From NCBI GenBank assembly GCA_043803105.1, contig JAZDKJ010000010.1:1-64000 (forward strand): a stretch of 64,000 nucleotides of DNA, written 5' to 3'. The position numbers were made by a program, and so were the translations under genes. Positions 8,281-18,449 of the stretch are shown piece after piece. The first letter of the stretch is position 1. Each line of letters opens with the position of its first letter. Source of the stretch: Candidatus Woesearchaeota archaeon. Lineage in GTDB: Archaea; Nanobdellota; Nanobdellia; Woesearchaeales; JAZDKJ01. Under the pieces are notes generated by a model. It saw only the letters and a program-made list of their open reading frames with translations, searched no databases and was not told the DNA's origin.

Positions 8281-8748
8281 ATGAAAAAGAGCCTGGTGGT
8301 CTATTATTCAAGGACCGGAACTACCAAAAAAGTGGCAAAAGACCTTGCCAGGCTTCTCAAGGCAGACCAAGAGCAGATTGTTGACACTGTTGACCACACA
8401 GGCTTTTTAGGATATCTTAGGGCCAGTTATGAGTCAGCAATGAAAAAGTCAACAATTATCAGGTTCAGGAAAGATCCTTCAAAATATGACCTTGTGGTTG
8501 TTGGCACACCTATTTGGTCTTTCACTGTCTCTTCGCCTGTACGGACTTATCTGAAGCATAACAAGTTCAACCGCATTGCCTTTTTCTGCACTATGGGAGG
8601 CTCAGGTGATAAGAGAGCATTCACTGAAATGGAGTCTGTAAGCAAGAAGCCTATTGCAGTGCTCGGTCTGCGCCAATCTGATGTGCTGAGCAGTTCTGCT
8701 GTTGCACAGATAAAAGCCTTCGCCTACCTTGTGAATAAGTCTGTTTAG
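8281..8748 (+). CDS. Flavodoxin-like protein
   Basis: VVYYSRTGTT, GTPIW, AFFCTMGGSG; ATG at 8281. Confidence 0.85.
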   Translation: MKKSLVVYYSRTGTTKKVAKDLARLLKADQEQIVDTVDHTGFLGYLRASYESAMKKSTIIRFRKDPSKYDLVVVGTPIWSFTVSSPVRTYLKHNKFNRIAFFCTMGGSGDKRAFTEMESVSKKPIAVLGLRQSDVLSSSAVAQIKAFAYLVNKSV

Positions 8749-9128
8749 ATTGTATTCTTGATTGTTCCCATTCCGCTCGCAATCTCTTTCTTGACCCACC
8801 GCACTATGAGCCTTATTATATACGCTTTCTCTTCTTCAGTCAGCTGCCTAAACCTGGGTATGCCATGCCAACTGCATAAGCATTTTCTGCAGCATGTTGC
8901 TGTTGCCTGTTGTGCCTTTGGGACTACGCCCCTATGAGGCGTGTCCCTATGGCTGTGGTGTGGGTTAGACAAAGAATCAATGACATTCTCGCACGCAGCG
9001 ATTATGCCTATGAATCCTTGCTTTAGGACCAGCCCTTTTTCCAATTCATTGAGGTGCAGCTCTCGTCTGTAGCTGCTGTTCTTTAGCCTCATGAACGGGT
9101 CTGAATTGTGCATTATTGCCGTGAGCAT
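8745..9128 (-). CDS. DUF4186-family protein
   Basis: TPHRG...AQQATATCCRKCLCSWHGIP...LTEEEKAYI pattern. Confidence 0.75.
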   Translation of the reverse strand: MLTAIMHNSDPFMRLKNSSYRRELHLNELEKGLVLKQGFIGIIAACENVIDSLSNPHHSHRDTPHRGVVPKAQQATATCCRKCLCSWHGIPRFRQLTEEEKAYIIRLIVRWVKKEIASGMGTIKNTI

Positions 9129-9168
9129 GCTCCTTAATCATGATTTCTGCTTAAATAAGCTTACGCAC

Positions 9169-9180
9169 AAATGTCCAGTG
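9169..9180 (-). promoter_or_regulatory. CACTGGACATTT upstream element, copy 2 (DUF4186 gene)
   Basis: Minus strand reads CACTGGACATTTgtgcgtaagcTTATTTAAG upstream of the ATG at 9128. Confidence 0.6.
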
Positions 9181-9213
9181 AGGTTTTTATAGTACCAAAT
9201 TTTCTTCGTTATC

Positions 9214-9879
9214 ATGCAAAAAATCATTACCAAAGATGGCTCCATTAGTTTCATGAGCGAAGAGTATGGCGAGGCTTATCATGCTCTCTCTGGCGCGGTT
9301 GAAGAGGCTATTGTTAAGTTCATTGATCCGACAGAAATTGCGGCCCGGGCTCTGTCAGGAAGTCTCAGAGTTCTCGACATCGGTTTTGGCCTTGGCTACA
9401 AGTCTCTCATGACTATAGAATCTGCCAAGAAGTCTAATCCGGATTGTCAGATTGATATTGTCACTTTGGAAAAGGACGAGAATATCCTAAGAACAAAAGT
9501 TGATGTTCTTTCAGGATTGGAGAAGAGCTATAAATTGCTCCGCTTCCTGGTGCAAGTTTCATTGGAGAAGAAATCCATCGCAAAAAAAGATAATGTGTCT
9601 TTGACTATTATGTTCGGTAACGCTCCTGACAGGATTAAAGAGTTGGCGCCCGGCTTTGACATTGTCTTCCTGGACCCTTTCTCTCCGAAAAAGAATCCTG
9701 AGATGTGGACTCTACAGTTTTTCCAGGACATATTTGGCAGGATGAAAAATGGCTCAGCCCTTGCCACTTATTCTTGTGCAGCGATTGTTAGAAAGAATCT
9801 TTCTGCAGCTGGCTTTGTCGTAAAAGAAGTTGCTCCTTTTAAGCGTCGCGGTCCTTCTCTTCTCGCTCTCCGCCCCTAG
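9214..9879 (+). CDS. MnmC/MnmD-like tRNA methyltransferase
   Basis: TKDGS...YH, LDIGFGLGY, FLDPFSPKKNPEMW, TYS. Confidence 0.85.
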   Translation: MQKIITKDGSISFMSEEYGEAYHALSGAVEEAIVKFIDPTEIAARALSGSLRVLDIGFGLGYKSLMTIESAKKSNPDCQIDIVTLEKDENILRTKVDVLSGLEKSYKLLRFLVQVSLEKKSIAKKDNVSLTIMFGNAPDRIKELAPGFDIVFLDPFSPKKNPEMWTLQFFQDIFGRMKNGSALATYSCAAIVRKNLSAAGFVVKEVAPFKRRGPSLLALRP

Positions 9880-10543
9880 GTTTTTCCTTGATAAGGTTTC
9901 GTTTCTTGAGTATTTCCTTGAAGCGCTTGAACTCCTCTCCATCTTTGTAAGTGGTAAGCTCTTCAGCAGGTATTTTTCTCATTACGTTTGTTGTTATTTT
10001 TGCTATGCTTTTGAGGTCTTCTTCCAGTGTAAAGACCTCTTCCTGGAGCACGTTTGGCTTTTCCTTTTGCCTGAACCTTCCCATAAAGCCCCATATGCTT
10101 TTTGATCTTTCAGCGTGCAATTCAGCTATCTGTTCCTTGTCCTTTGCTTCGTGCTCTATTATCTCTTCCTCTTTTTCTTCAAGCTGTTCCATCTCCGCCT
10201 CAAACTCTTTTGGTGTTGGTGTTTCAAGCTCCTCTCCCTTTACCCAGCCTACAAATCTTGAGAAATAACCTTGATGGCTTTCTATCTGTTTTTCTGCTTC
10301 TTCAAAATCTGGCGCCTGCTCTTCCTGCTTTGCCTCTTGTTTTTTCTTCACCAGTTTCTTTAGCCAAGAATCATCCTTTTGTATGATGTGCACCTTTCCG
10401 TCTTCAAGGTCAGGGTGCGCCTCTTCCACTGTCTTGTTGCTCGCCTGTTTTTTTATCTTGTCAAGGTCAACTATCCTTATCTCTGTCTCTTGACGGTGCT
10501 TCAGATAATCCCCTATATCCTTGTTTATGTCCTTTTGGGCCAT
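9839..10543 (-). CDS. Charged coiled-coil hypothetical protein
   Basis: Glu/Lys-rich ORF; start MAQKDINK follows the RBS-like GAGGAG. Confidence 0.65.
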   Translation of the reverse strand: MAQKDINKDIGDYLKHRQETEIRIVDLDKIKKQASNKTVEEAHPDLEDGKVHIIQKDDSWLKKLVKKKQEAKQEEQAPDFEEAEKQIESHQGYFSRFVGWVKGEELETPTPKEFEAEMEQLEEKEEEIIEHEAKDKEQIAELHAERSKSIWGFMGRFRQKEKPNVLQEEVFTLEEDLKSIAKITTNVMRKIPAEELTTYKDGEEFKRFKEILKKRNLIKEKPRGGEREEKDRDA

Positions 10544-10664
10544 TCTCCTCACAAAAAAGCCCCAACTTTTTATAACTTTCGATATTTGCCTTCTGCATAA
10601 TTGCCTCTTTCCTACCCTAAAGCAGTAACGAATGTATAAATACTGCCTTGATTGCTTTTGCTTG

Positions 10665-11090
10665 ATGCAAAGAGCCCAGACAGCTATAGAATACCTCATA
10701 ATTGTCGGCTTTGCCCTGTCAGTCATTGCAGTCCTTACCATTGTCTATTATGAGCATGATGCCTCTAGCAAGAATGAGATAATCTCAAGCCAGGTCTCAA
10801 GCATTGAGAGAAAGATTGTGGATTCTGCTGAGTCAGTCTATTATCTTGGCGCTCCCACACGGACAACCCTGAAGATTTACATGCCCTCCAATATTGAGAA
10901 GGTCATCATCTCTTCAAGGGAAGTCAATTTTCAGGTTCATACCAAGGAAGGTATAAGCGATCTTGAGGTTATGAGTGCTGTCAATCTTACAGGGAACATC
11001 TCTGCTTCTCCAGGCTTAAAATATATCAAGATAATTTCCCAGCCCGGGCGTACATGCATTGTAGAGGAAGGTAATCCTGATTGCCCATGA
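10665..11090 (+). CDS. Class III signal peptide (pilin-like) protein
   Basis: MQRAQ-TAIEYLIIVG prepilin motif. Confidence 0.8.
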   Translation: MQRAQTAIEYLIIVGFALSVIAVLTIVYYEHDASSKNEIISSQVSSIERKIVDSAESVYYLGAPTRTTLKIYMPSNIEKVIISSREVNFQVHTKEGISDLEVMSAVNLTGNISASPGLKYIKIISQPGRTCIVEEGNPDCP

Positions 11091-11470
11091 GATCTCAAGT
11101 TTCCATGCAGTTCCTGGTTATGGTCGGGATTGTTTTCGTTTTTTTCGTTGTTTTTGTTGCAGGCTTTGCTGAGCGCTACAATGATATTCTTACTGAAAAG
11201 GAGAGGGCTGCCTGCAGGGACCTTGTATTCATGGTGCATGATGAGATAGCTATCGCGCATAAGCTTGAGGACGGCTATTCCAGGAACTTCACGATTCCAG
11301 ATAAGCTTGAGGGAGTAGATTACTCCATCACTCTAAACAACAACATTGTTGCTGTTACAAGCCCGAAGGCAGAATACTCCACAATGGTTCCTTCAGTTGT
11401 TGGCTCTTTGCATAAAGGCCAGAATATGATTCTCAAACGAAATGGTATTGTTTGCCTGGGTGCTTGCTGA
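11087..11470 (+). CDS. Pilin-like protein
   Basis: MRSQVSMQFLVMVG followed by a hydrophobic helix. Confidence 0.75.
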   Translation: MRSQVSMQFLVMVGIVFVFFVVFVAGFAERYNDILTEKERAACRDLVFMVHDEIAIAHKLEDGYSRNFTIPDKLEGVDYSITLNNNIVAVTSPKAEYSTMVPSVVGSLHKGQNMILKRNGIVCLGAC

Positions 11471-11967
11471 TGAAAAAATCTCAAATCTGGGTCCTTGATG
11501 TCTTTTTTGCTTTGCTCATTTTTGTATCTGTCCTCGTGCTTTTTTTTAAGTCTGAACTGAACCTTTCCAACTCTGATGACCTGCTGTTTGATGACATGAC
11601 ATTTGAGTCAAAGCTCGTTAGCGACTCTCTTCTCTCAAAGGGCTTTCCTGCAGGCTGGACAGCTGCTAATGTGATAGAGATCGGCATCACAGATGATTAT
11701 GTCATCAATGAGACCAAGCTTTCCACGCTGCAGTCCATGGATTATACCCTTTCCAAGTCAAGGCTTCGCACCAAGTATGATTATTATCTGTTTTTCCAGG
11801 GAGTGTCTGGCATTTTGAACGTCGGCCCTAATGAGGGCGTTGGCAAGCCCCTGGTTAACTCAACAAATATCCTTACGCGTGAGGCTCCGCACAATTTGGT
11901 TACAGTCTCAAGGCTGGTTGTGTTTAGGTCTCAGCCAGTAAAGATGGTGGTCTATCTATGGGATTGA
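11470..11967 (+). CDS. Minor pilin-like protein
   Basis: MKKSQIWVLDVFFALLIF. Confidence 0.75.
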   Translation: MKKSQIWVLDVFFALLIFVSVLVLFFKSELNLSNSDDLLFDDMTFESKLVSDSLLSKGFPAGWTAANVIEIGITDDYVINETKLSTLQSMDYTLSKSRLRTKYDYYLFFQGVSGILNVGPNEGVGKPLVNSTNILTREAPHNLVTVSRLVVFRSQPVKMVVYLWD

Positions 11968-14675
11968 AGGGCTTGTTTTTTACAATGGACGCTTTGATTT
12001 CTGCCTTCCTTATAGTTGGTGCGCTTCTTGCTGCCTCATCTTTCTATATCCATGAGGTGCAGAAAGGAGATACAAGCTTTGTTGCCCAGGATGCTGTGAA
12101 CATGCTCTCAAGGCTTAAGGTGGGCGAGACTGACAACCCTTATGTGCAGTCCTTGATACTTCAGCACAACATCACTGACCTTAACAATTCTGTCTTAGAG
12201 CAGATCGGCGTTTTTTGGGCTGAAGGCAAAACCACTCTTGCCTCAGGCCTAGTAGAGAACCTGCTTTTGCCACTTGTGCCGCAGGGCCTAAGCCTTGCAG
12301 TGCTTTTGGATGATGATCCTGTCTTTATGCTGAACCGTTCCTCTCCAAGCTCAGTCTCGAGCTTTAAGAAATTCATTTCCGGTATCGCCTTGTACAAGCC
12401 TGTCAAGGGCTTTTCTGCAAGGATGTTTTTGCGCTTGGACTCGAGGCATACGAGCTCCTTGGCATATTTTGGTGGTTTTGTCGGCCAGGGAAACATTTCC
12501 AAGAGGCTTTGGCTTGCAGGCAATATCTCATCCATAGATGAGGCATATCTTGAGCTTGACCCGAGTGATAATTTCCTTCTTTACATCAATGGCCAGTTTG
12601 TTGGTGCCTACATCAAGGGCTCTGGCGGTGGTGCTTATATGAAGCCTGACCGCTGGTACATTGGCTCTGAGCATTATTCAAAGATGCATTCAGGCTACAA
12701 CGATATTGAGCTTCGCTTTCCAGGTTTGGGTTATGTCGCGGGCGGCCTCTTTAGGGTCACTTATGATACCGGTACGCGTCAAGACGGAGAGACTGTTTAT
12801 TTTGGCAACAACCTTGCATCGATTCGCTATTGGTTCCCTAAGATTAATGGTGTGATAAACCTTTATGATGGATTCACTGTTCCAGGAACCCTAAAGTCTA
12901 TGGAAGCTCACCTTTCTTTCAAGAGTTCTTTCCCCACTTACCTGACCATTGGCGAGACTACTGTGCTTTCTGCGAACGGAAGCTCTCTTGACCAAACTCT
13001 TGACTTGAAGAACATGTCAGATTATCCGTATTCCCTTGACTTCAATGCCCTCAGCAATTCCACAGTTCCTCTAAGGTTTGCCTCCTATAACATCAGCACT
13101 CGCAGTATTACAGGTTCAAGCGCAGACGTTATTCTCATCACTGACCTCAGCGGAAGCATGATATGGAAGATAGGCTCTTGGGATGAGCAGAACGGTGTAA
13201 TCCGCACGTGTAGTAATCCCCAGGTTTATTCTGATCCCACCTCACGCCGCATCTCTGTCGCAAAGTGCATTGACATCAATTTCACTGATATTATTATGAA
13301 CCCTCAGGGCAATCGCGAATGGCTTGTTGACTTTGAGGTGAGTGCCCACTATTTTAGCTCTAATCCGGCAGACTTGACAAAGCAGAACCTGATAAATAAG
13401 ATTAATTCCTATACCAATAATCCGTCCGGAGGAACGTGCCTGTGCTGTGCAATTAATCTCGCATATAATATTCTAAATTCATTCACAACAAGTAATCGCT
13501 CAAAGTTTGTTGTGGTTCTTACTGACGGCATTCCAACATACTGCTGTGGAGTTGCTGGCAGCGGATCTAACCGGAGGTGTGCAAACGGTACAAGCACTAG
13601 CCAACAATACATCCCAAGCGCTTGCACTGGCGGCCAAGAGGATTGCAACAACAATGACTGCAATGGCCCAAGGAACAACGCAATCTGGTCAACCCAGCGT
13701 CTTTACAACCAGTTCAAGGCAAAGGTCTATACTATAGGTATGGGCCCGATTGTCGGCTGCAGGGCAGCAAACCTCACTCTTCAAAGGATTGCCCAGGTTG
13801 GCAACGGCACCTTTAATGCAAGCCAGAATGCCACAAAACTTCGTGACATGTTCAGGGGCATAGCCTCTTCTATTAATGCACAAGTCAACCAATCTAACCA
13901 AGAGCTTGTTGTCACAGGTAATTTGACTCCTTCAATTCTGTATGACGGTTCTTATTTGGAGCTGAATTTTACTCCGATAGTTCCAATGCCTGGTTATGGC
14001 AAGATTATCATGACCGTCGAATCCTCAAGGTTTGCTAACACAATAAGTTCTAAGAAATTTTATCTTCCCTCCTCTGTGACTCTAGTCGATTTGTTTGCCA
14101 CTTCCTACTCTGCTGACAAATGGACTGATAATGTCTCAATTTTTGACGGCTCTTCTTGGTCCAAGGTTTACAGTCCCTCTGACAGCTTCGTTGACTACTC
14201 AAGGCTTGGCGATCCATTTGTTGTCATGATACCTCAAGACAAGGTCAATTATGATGTAAACAGCACTATTCTCGTGAGGACTGGTAAAAGCCCGACTAAT
14301 TCCACTAACGGCTCTGCTTACAACAAATTGGTGTATACTGTTGCTATTTCTAACACCCTCGGTTATGGCAATGTTTACTTAACCGCTGTTGGCTGCAATT
14401 GGTCTGTTCGTTATGAGGATGGCACCAATGGCACACTTGTTGTGCCTCAATCCTACAACGGCACAAAGCATTGCCGTTTTAGTCCTGCTAATTTCTCTGT
14501 CAATGATGCAAGGGATAATGCAGTCTACAATTTTCTCAATTACTTGGACTTTAACAAGGACGGGCTTTTGGAAGTCAAGATCGGCCAGGATGATGTATCG
14601 TTTGATGCCATGGTCAGTCCAGAGGTGCCTTCGATGTGGGGCCCGAGTGTGCTTGAGGTCAGGATATGGAAATGA
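11958..14675 (+). CDS. Large pilin-like adhesin with a VWA domain
   Basis: KGLFFTMDAL class III leader; MIDAS DLSGSM, GGT, VVLTDG; Cys-rich insert. Confidence 0.8.
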   Translation: MGLKGLFFTMDALISAFLIVGALLAASSFYIHEVQKGDTSFVAQDAVNMLSRLKVGETDNPYVQSLILQHNITDLNNSVLEQIGVFWAEGKTTLASGLVENLLLPLVPQGLSLAVLLDDDPVFMLNRSSPSSVSSFKKFISGIALYKPVKGFSARMFLRLDSRHTSSLAYFGGFVGQGNISKRLWLAGNISSIDEAYLELDPSDNFLLYINGQFVGAYIKGSGGGAYMKPDRWYIGSEHYSKMHSGYNDIELRFPGLGYVAGGLFRVTYDTGTRQDGETVYFGNNLASIRYWFPKINGVINLYDGFTVPGTLKSMEAHLSFKSSFPTYLTIGETTVLSANGSSLDQTLDLKNMSDYPYSLDFNALSNSTVPLRFASYNISTRSITGSSADVILITDLSGSMIWKIGSWDEQNGVIRTCSNPQVYSDPTSRRISVAKCIDINFTDIIMNPQGNREWLVDFEVSAHYFSSNPADLTKQNLINKINSYTNNPSGGTCLCCAINLAYNILNSFTTSNRSKFVVVLTDGIPTYCCGVAGSGSNRRCANGTSTSQQYIPSACTGGQEDCNNNDCNGPRNNAIWSTQRLYNQFKAKVYTIGMGPIVGCRAANLTLQRIAQVGNGTFNASQNATKLRDMFRGIASSINAQVNQSNQELVVTGNLTPSILYDGSYLELNFTPIVPMPGYGKIIMTVESSRFANTISSKKFYLPSSVTLVDLFATSYSADKWTDNVSIFDGSSWSKVYSPSDSFVDYSRLGDPFVVMIPQDKVNYDVNSTILVRTGKSPTNSTNGSAYNKLVYTVAISNTLGYGNVYLTAVGCNWSVRYEDGTNGTLVVPQSYNGTKHCRFSPANFSVNDARDNAVYNFLNYLDFNKDGLLEVKIGQDDVSFDAMVSPEVPSMWGPSVLEVRIWK

Positions 14676-15616
14676 AAAAGCGTGCTGTCTTTTTTACTCT
14701 CCTCGCAATAATCCTTGTTGGGCTGTTTATAGCATCTTTTTCTTTCTATGTCCCATATCACGAGAGTAAGAAGACAGATGTTATTGAGGTCCGCATCAAC
14801 TCTATGAACCAGCTTTTGAGGAGTGTCAACAGTGACATGCAGCGCGCCTTGTACATCTCCAGCTTTCGCGCGATTTTCTCTCTGATACAGCACATAACCT
14901 CTGAAGGCACTTACCTGTCTGACGCTGAGCATGATTTCAAGCTGATGCTGTTGAACGGCACCATTGATCCAGGAGCTGAAGTTGTTTTTCACATGGATAA
15001 CCAAACAATCATTAACTGGACCAAGAAGATCATGCGCCTTGCTGAACAGGTGGACTTGAACCTCACCATCCGTGTTGTCAACGTGACTCTTTCCCAGTCA
15101 TCTCCCTGGACTTTGAATCCCACTATTACCATGAACATCTCTTTGACTGATAAGAAAAAAACAGCAAGTTGGCAGCAACTCTCCACAATTACTGCCTCAG
15201 TCCCTGTTGACGTCTTTGAGGAGCCTGTGTATGCAGTGATGACCAACGGCAGCGCATCAATGCTAATTGTGCGTTCAAACATTTCGGTCTGGAATATTTC
15301 TGCCTTGAAAAAGCATCTTAACCAGACCACTTTCATACAATTTACTGGTGCGCCGAGCTTTCTCCAGCGCCTTGAGGGAAATATTGGCTACTCTAGCCCT
15401 TACGGCATAGAGGCCCTGGTCAACAAGACTGAGCTTGAAAGGTTTGCTGACCTGCCAATGACTGAGCGAAGCTCTGTCGATTATCTTTATTTTGGTTCTG
15501 CTGCCCACAAGAATTACAGCATACACGAGATAACTGACCAGGGTTTTCCTGATTTTCGCCTAGATCCAGAGCATATTGCATTTTTCAACGTTGGACTGTA
15601 CAACTATACTGGCTGA
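14672..15616 (+). CDS. Minor pilin-like protein
   Basis: MKKRAVFFTLLAII leader; operonic position. Confidence 0.7.
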   Translation: MKKRAVFFTLLAIILVGLFIASFSFYVPYHESKKTDVIEVRINSMNQLLRSVNSDMQRALYISSFRAIFSLIQHITSEGTYLSDAEHDFKLMLLNGTIDPGAEVVFHMDNQTIINWTKKIMRLAEQVDLNLTIRVVNVTLSQSSPWTLNPTITMNISLTDKKKTASWQQLSTITASVPVDVFEEPVYAVMTNGSASMLIVRSNISVWNISALKKHLNQTTFIQFTGAPSFLQRLEGNIGYSSPYGIEALVNKTELERFADLPMTERSSVDYLYFGSAAHKNYSIHEITDQGFPDFRLDPEHIAFFNVGLYNYTG

Positions 15617-15644
15617 CGATGTTGCGTTGCGAGCGTAGCGAGCA

Positions 15645-15748
15645 CGTCCAACCTTGCGCTCTCAGAAAAGCAAGGCTTTTCTGTGGCGTGCCAAAAACCT
15701 TGGGTTTTTGAGCATGTTGGACGAAGGTGCGGGCTGACTTCTCAGCCC
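15645..15748. repeat. Multi-branched palindromic element (REP/MITE-like or structured RNA)
   Basis: Outer stem CGTCCAAC/GTTGGACG (15645-15652/15716-15723) encloses CAGAAAAGC-aag-GCTTTTCTG and CAAAAACC-ttg-GGTTTTTG; followed by GGGCTGA-cttc-TCAGCCC. Confidence 0.65.
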
Positions 15749-15789
15749 TGCGAAAGCTTTTTAAACCTGCATTATGTGAGAGATTCAGC

Positions 15790-16938
15790 ATGGATTCGTC
15801 TGTTATAGAGACTGGTGTTGACAAGCTTGTTGACCTTGTCAAGGTACACAAGAGGATTTCTGTTCCTGATGCTGCCAAGATGCTAAGTGTCTCCAAGGTT
15901 GTTGTCGAGGAGTGGGCTGATTTTCTTGAAGAGGAGGGCATCATAAGCATCGAATACAAGTTCACTACAGCTTACCTTGTTGAGCGGGTCCTATCAAAGA
16001 AGGAAGTTGACGAGAAAATTAAGGATTTCAAGGGCAAGAAAGAAGGTTTTGTTAGAAAAGCCGAGGTTGCGAGGGCGCTTCTCGCTGACGAAGGTCAGGT
16101 GTTTTCAGAGATTAAGGGGCAGTTTAAGAAGCTAAAGGATGATCTTGGCCACGATCTTGTGAGCGTCCAGGAAGAGTTGAAGCAGCTCGAGGAATACAAC
16201 AAGGAGAAACGGAACATTGATGAGGAGCTTCGCAAGCAGGAGAAGGACTTCAAGGACAAGATTTCTGATATGGAGTCGCAGATAGGGAAGGAGCGCGACC
16301 GTTATGGCGAGATACTTGCTGAAGTCAAGAAGGAGCAGGAGGTATTGAACAAGGACAATCTTCAGGCCCTCTCAATGCAGCAGACTATAAGGACTGCAGA
16401 GGCAAGCGTCGCAAAGTTCCAGGATACTGTCAAGGAAATAAGGGATCGTTTGAGTGCTGAGGCGCATGAGATCGATGACGTAGAAGACCATGTGAAGCGC
16501 TTAAAGAACGCTGCTGATGACCAGAGAAAGGACATCGAGAACAGGAAGAAGCAGATGGAAGAGCTCATCCAAAGGAGTGAACAGCAGAAGAAGAAGATTG
16601 CTGACCTTCAGGAGAACATCATAAAAAGGGCTTTATCCAAGAAGAAGATTCTAGACAAAGGCGGCGAAGCAGGCAAGTCTGCTGAGAAGATCAAGAAGTT
16701 CTTGAGCAACAACAAGAGGATTGAGGATTATCTGGACAAGGTTAATGCTGAAAGGGATAGGCTGCATAACGAGTTCGATGACCTTATAAGAAAAGCAAAA
16801 GCTTTTAATCTTATGACCAAGTCGGGTGATGTTAAGAACCTCGCTGCTGATCTGCAGAAGAGGTTCAAGCAGCTCGAGAAGGACAAGGACGACTTTGAGA
16901 AAGAGGCTGCCAGGGTTAAGGAAGTCTTAACTCCATGA
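15790..16938 (+). CDS. Coiled-coil protein with N-terminal wHTH-like domain, pilus-locus associated
   Basis: IETGVDKLVDLV...VEEWADFLEEEG followed by long heptad repeats. Confidence 0.7.
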   Translation: MDSSVIETGVDKLVDLVKVHKRISVPDAAKMLSVSKVVVEEWADFLEEEGIISIEYKFTTAYLVERVLSKKEVDEKIKDFKGKKEGFVRKAEVARALLADEGQVFSEIKGQFKKLKDDLGHDLVSVQEELKQLEEYNKEKRNIDEELRKQEKDFKDKISDMESQIGKERDRYGEILAEVKKEQEVLNKDNLQALSMQQTIRTAEASVAKFQDTVKEIRDRLSAEAHEIDDVEDHVKRLKNAADDQRKDIENRKKQMEELIQRSEQQKKKIADLQENIIKRALSKKKILDKGGEAGKSAEKIKKFLSNNKRIEDYLDKVNAERDRLHNEFDDLIRKAKAFNLMTKSGDVKNLAADLQKRFKQLEKDKDDFEKEAARVKEVLTP

Positions 16939-18449
16939 AAAAAAAAGAGGAGAAGAAAAAGAGCGAGCGCTCTGACGAGACTATCATAGATAGTTATGAA
17001 TTCTTGTCAGACAAGATGCCGATTTCTATTCGTATTGTTAAGTCTACACAGGACTTCGTGCCGCTTTATATTGTGACTATCTCAAGCATCAGCAAGAATA
17101 CTGAAATCATTTTGGAGAGGATAAGGAAGGAGCTCATTAATGAGGTAAACCTTGGCATGGTTGAGTTGACTGACTTAAAGAAGACCGGAATTGTCGAAGA
17201 GCGTTTCACAGAGACCATCAATAATCTTATCGCACGCCATTTTCCAGATCTCGACCAGAAGACCGCCGAGTTTCTTGTCGCTTATCTTATCCAACGCAGC
17301 CTTGGCATGGGCTCTATCGAGATCCTCATGGACGACAACAACCTTGAGGAAGTGACCATCAACACTGCCGGGGAGCCTGTCTGGGTGTATCACCGCAAGC
17401 ACGGCTGGCTCAAGACCAACATCCAGGTTGATACTGAAGACCAGACAAAGCATTACGCCACTATGATTGGAAGAAAGGTGGGAAGGCAGATTAGTCTTCT
17501 CGAGCCGTTGCTCGATGCCCATCTTGAGAACGGCGACAGGGTTAACGCTACACTGATGCCTGCCTCTAGTGCTGGCAATACCATCACTATGCGTAAGTTC
17601 GCGACTAAGCCCTGGACCATTACAGATTTTCTCAAGGCAGAGACCTTGTCCGCTTCTGCAGCAGCCCTTATTTGGCTTGCTGTCCAGTATGAGATCTCCA
17701 CTCTTATTGCTGGTGGCACAGCATCAGGTAAGACCAGCATGTTGAATGTTGTCACCAATTTTTTCCCGCCTAATCAGCGCATAATTTCTATCGAGGACAC
17801 CAGGGAGATTAAGCTTCCCAAGTTCCTGCACTGGGTTCCGCTTGTGACACGCCTTCCCAATCCTGAGGGCAAGGGTGAGATATCTATGCTTGACCTTCTT
17901 GTGAATTCTCTGAGGATGAGGCCTGACCGCATCATCGTTGGTGAGATTAGGAGGAAGCGCGAGGCAGAGGTCTTGTTTGAGGCGATTCATACAGGCCACT
18001 CGGTTTATGCCACAGTGCACGCCAATAGCACTAAGGAGACAATCACGAGGCTCATAAGTCCGCCAATAGAGATTCCTGTCGCGATGCTGCCTGCCTTGCA
18101 GATGATTATAGTGCAGTACAGGAACAGGCGTACTGGCTTAAGAAAGACCTTCCAGATTTCTGAGATCCTTCCTGACGGAACAGGCAGCGTGCTTATGCAG
18201 TTAGACTTGAAGAAAGGCTCTCTTGTCAAGGAGAACCAGTCAAAGGCCTTGATGGACAATCTCGAGACTTATACAGGGATGAGCAAGGCAGAGATTAACA
18301 AGTCCTTGGAAGAGAAGGAAAAGGTGCTCTTGTGGATGGTCAAGAATGATATCAATGATATCGAGTTTGTTGGCAAGGTCATGGCCTACTATTATACAAA
18401 CAAGGATTTCTTGATGAATCTTGTCCGCAACAATAAGCCTTTAGGGTGA
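16935..18449 (+). CDS. Type II/IV secretion (TadA/CpaF-like) pilus assembly ATPase
   Basis: GGTASGKTS, SIEDTRE, LRMRPDRIIVGEIR, TGH...TVHA. Confidence 0.93.
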   Translation: MKKKEEKKKSERSDETIIDSYEFLSDKMPISIRIVKSTQDFVPLYIVTISSISKNTEIILERIRKELINEVNLGMVELTDLKKTGIVEERFTETINNLIARHFPDLDQKTAEFLVAYLIQRSLGMGSIEILMDDNNLEEVTINTAGEPVWVYHRKHGWLKTNIQVDTEDQTKHYATMIGRKVGRQISLLEPLLDAHLENGDRVNATLMPASSAGNTITMRKFATKPWTITDFLKAETLSASAAALIWLAVQYEISTLIAGGTASGKTSMLNVVTNFFPPNQRIISIEDTREIKLPKFLHWVPLVTRLPNPEGKGEISMLDLLVNSLRMRPDRIIVGEIRRKREAEVLFEAIHTGHSVYATVHANSTKETITRLISPPIEIPVAMLPALQMIIVQYRNRRTGLRKTFQISEILPDGTGSVLMQLDLKKGSLVKENQSKALMDNLETYTGMSKAEINKSLEEKEKVLLWMVKNDINDIEFVGKVMAYYYTNKDFLMNLVRNNKPLG

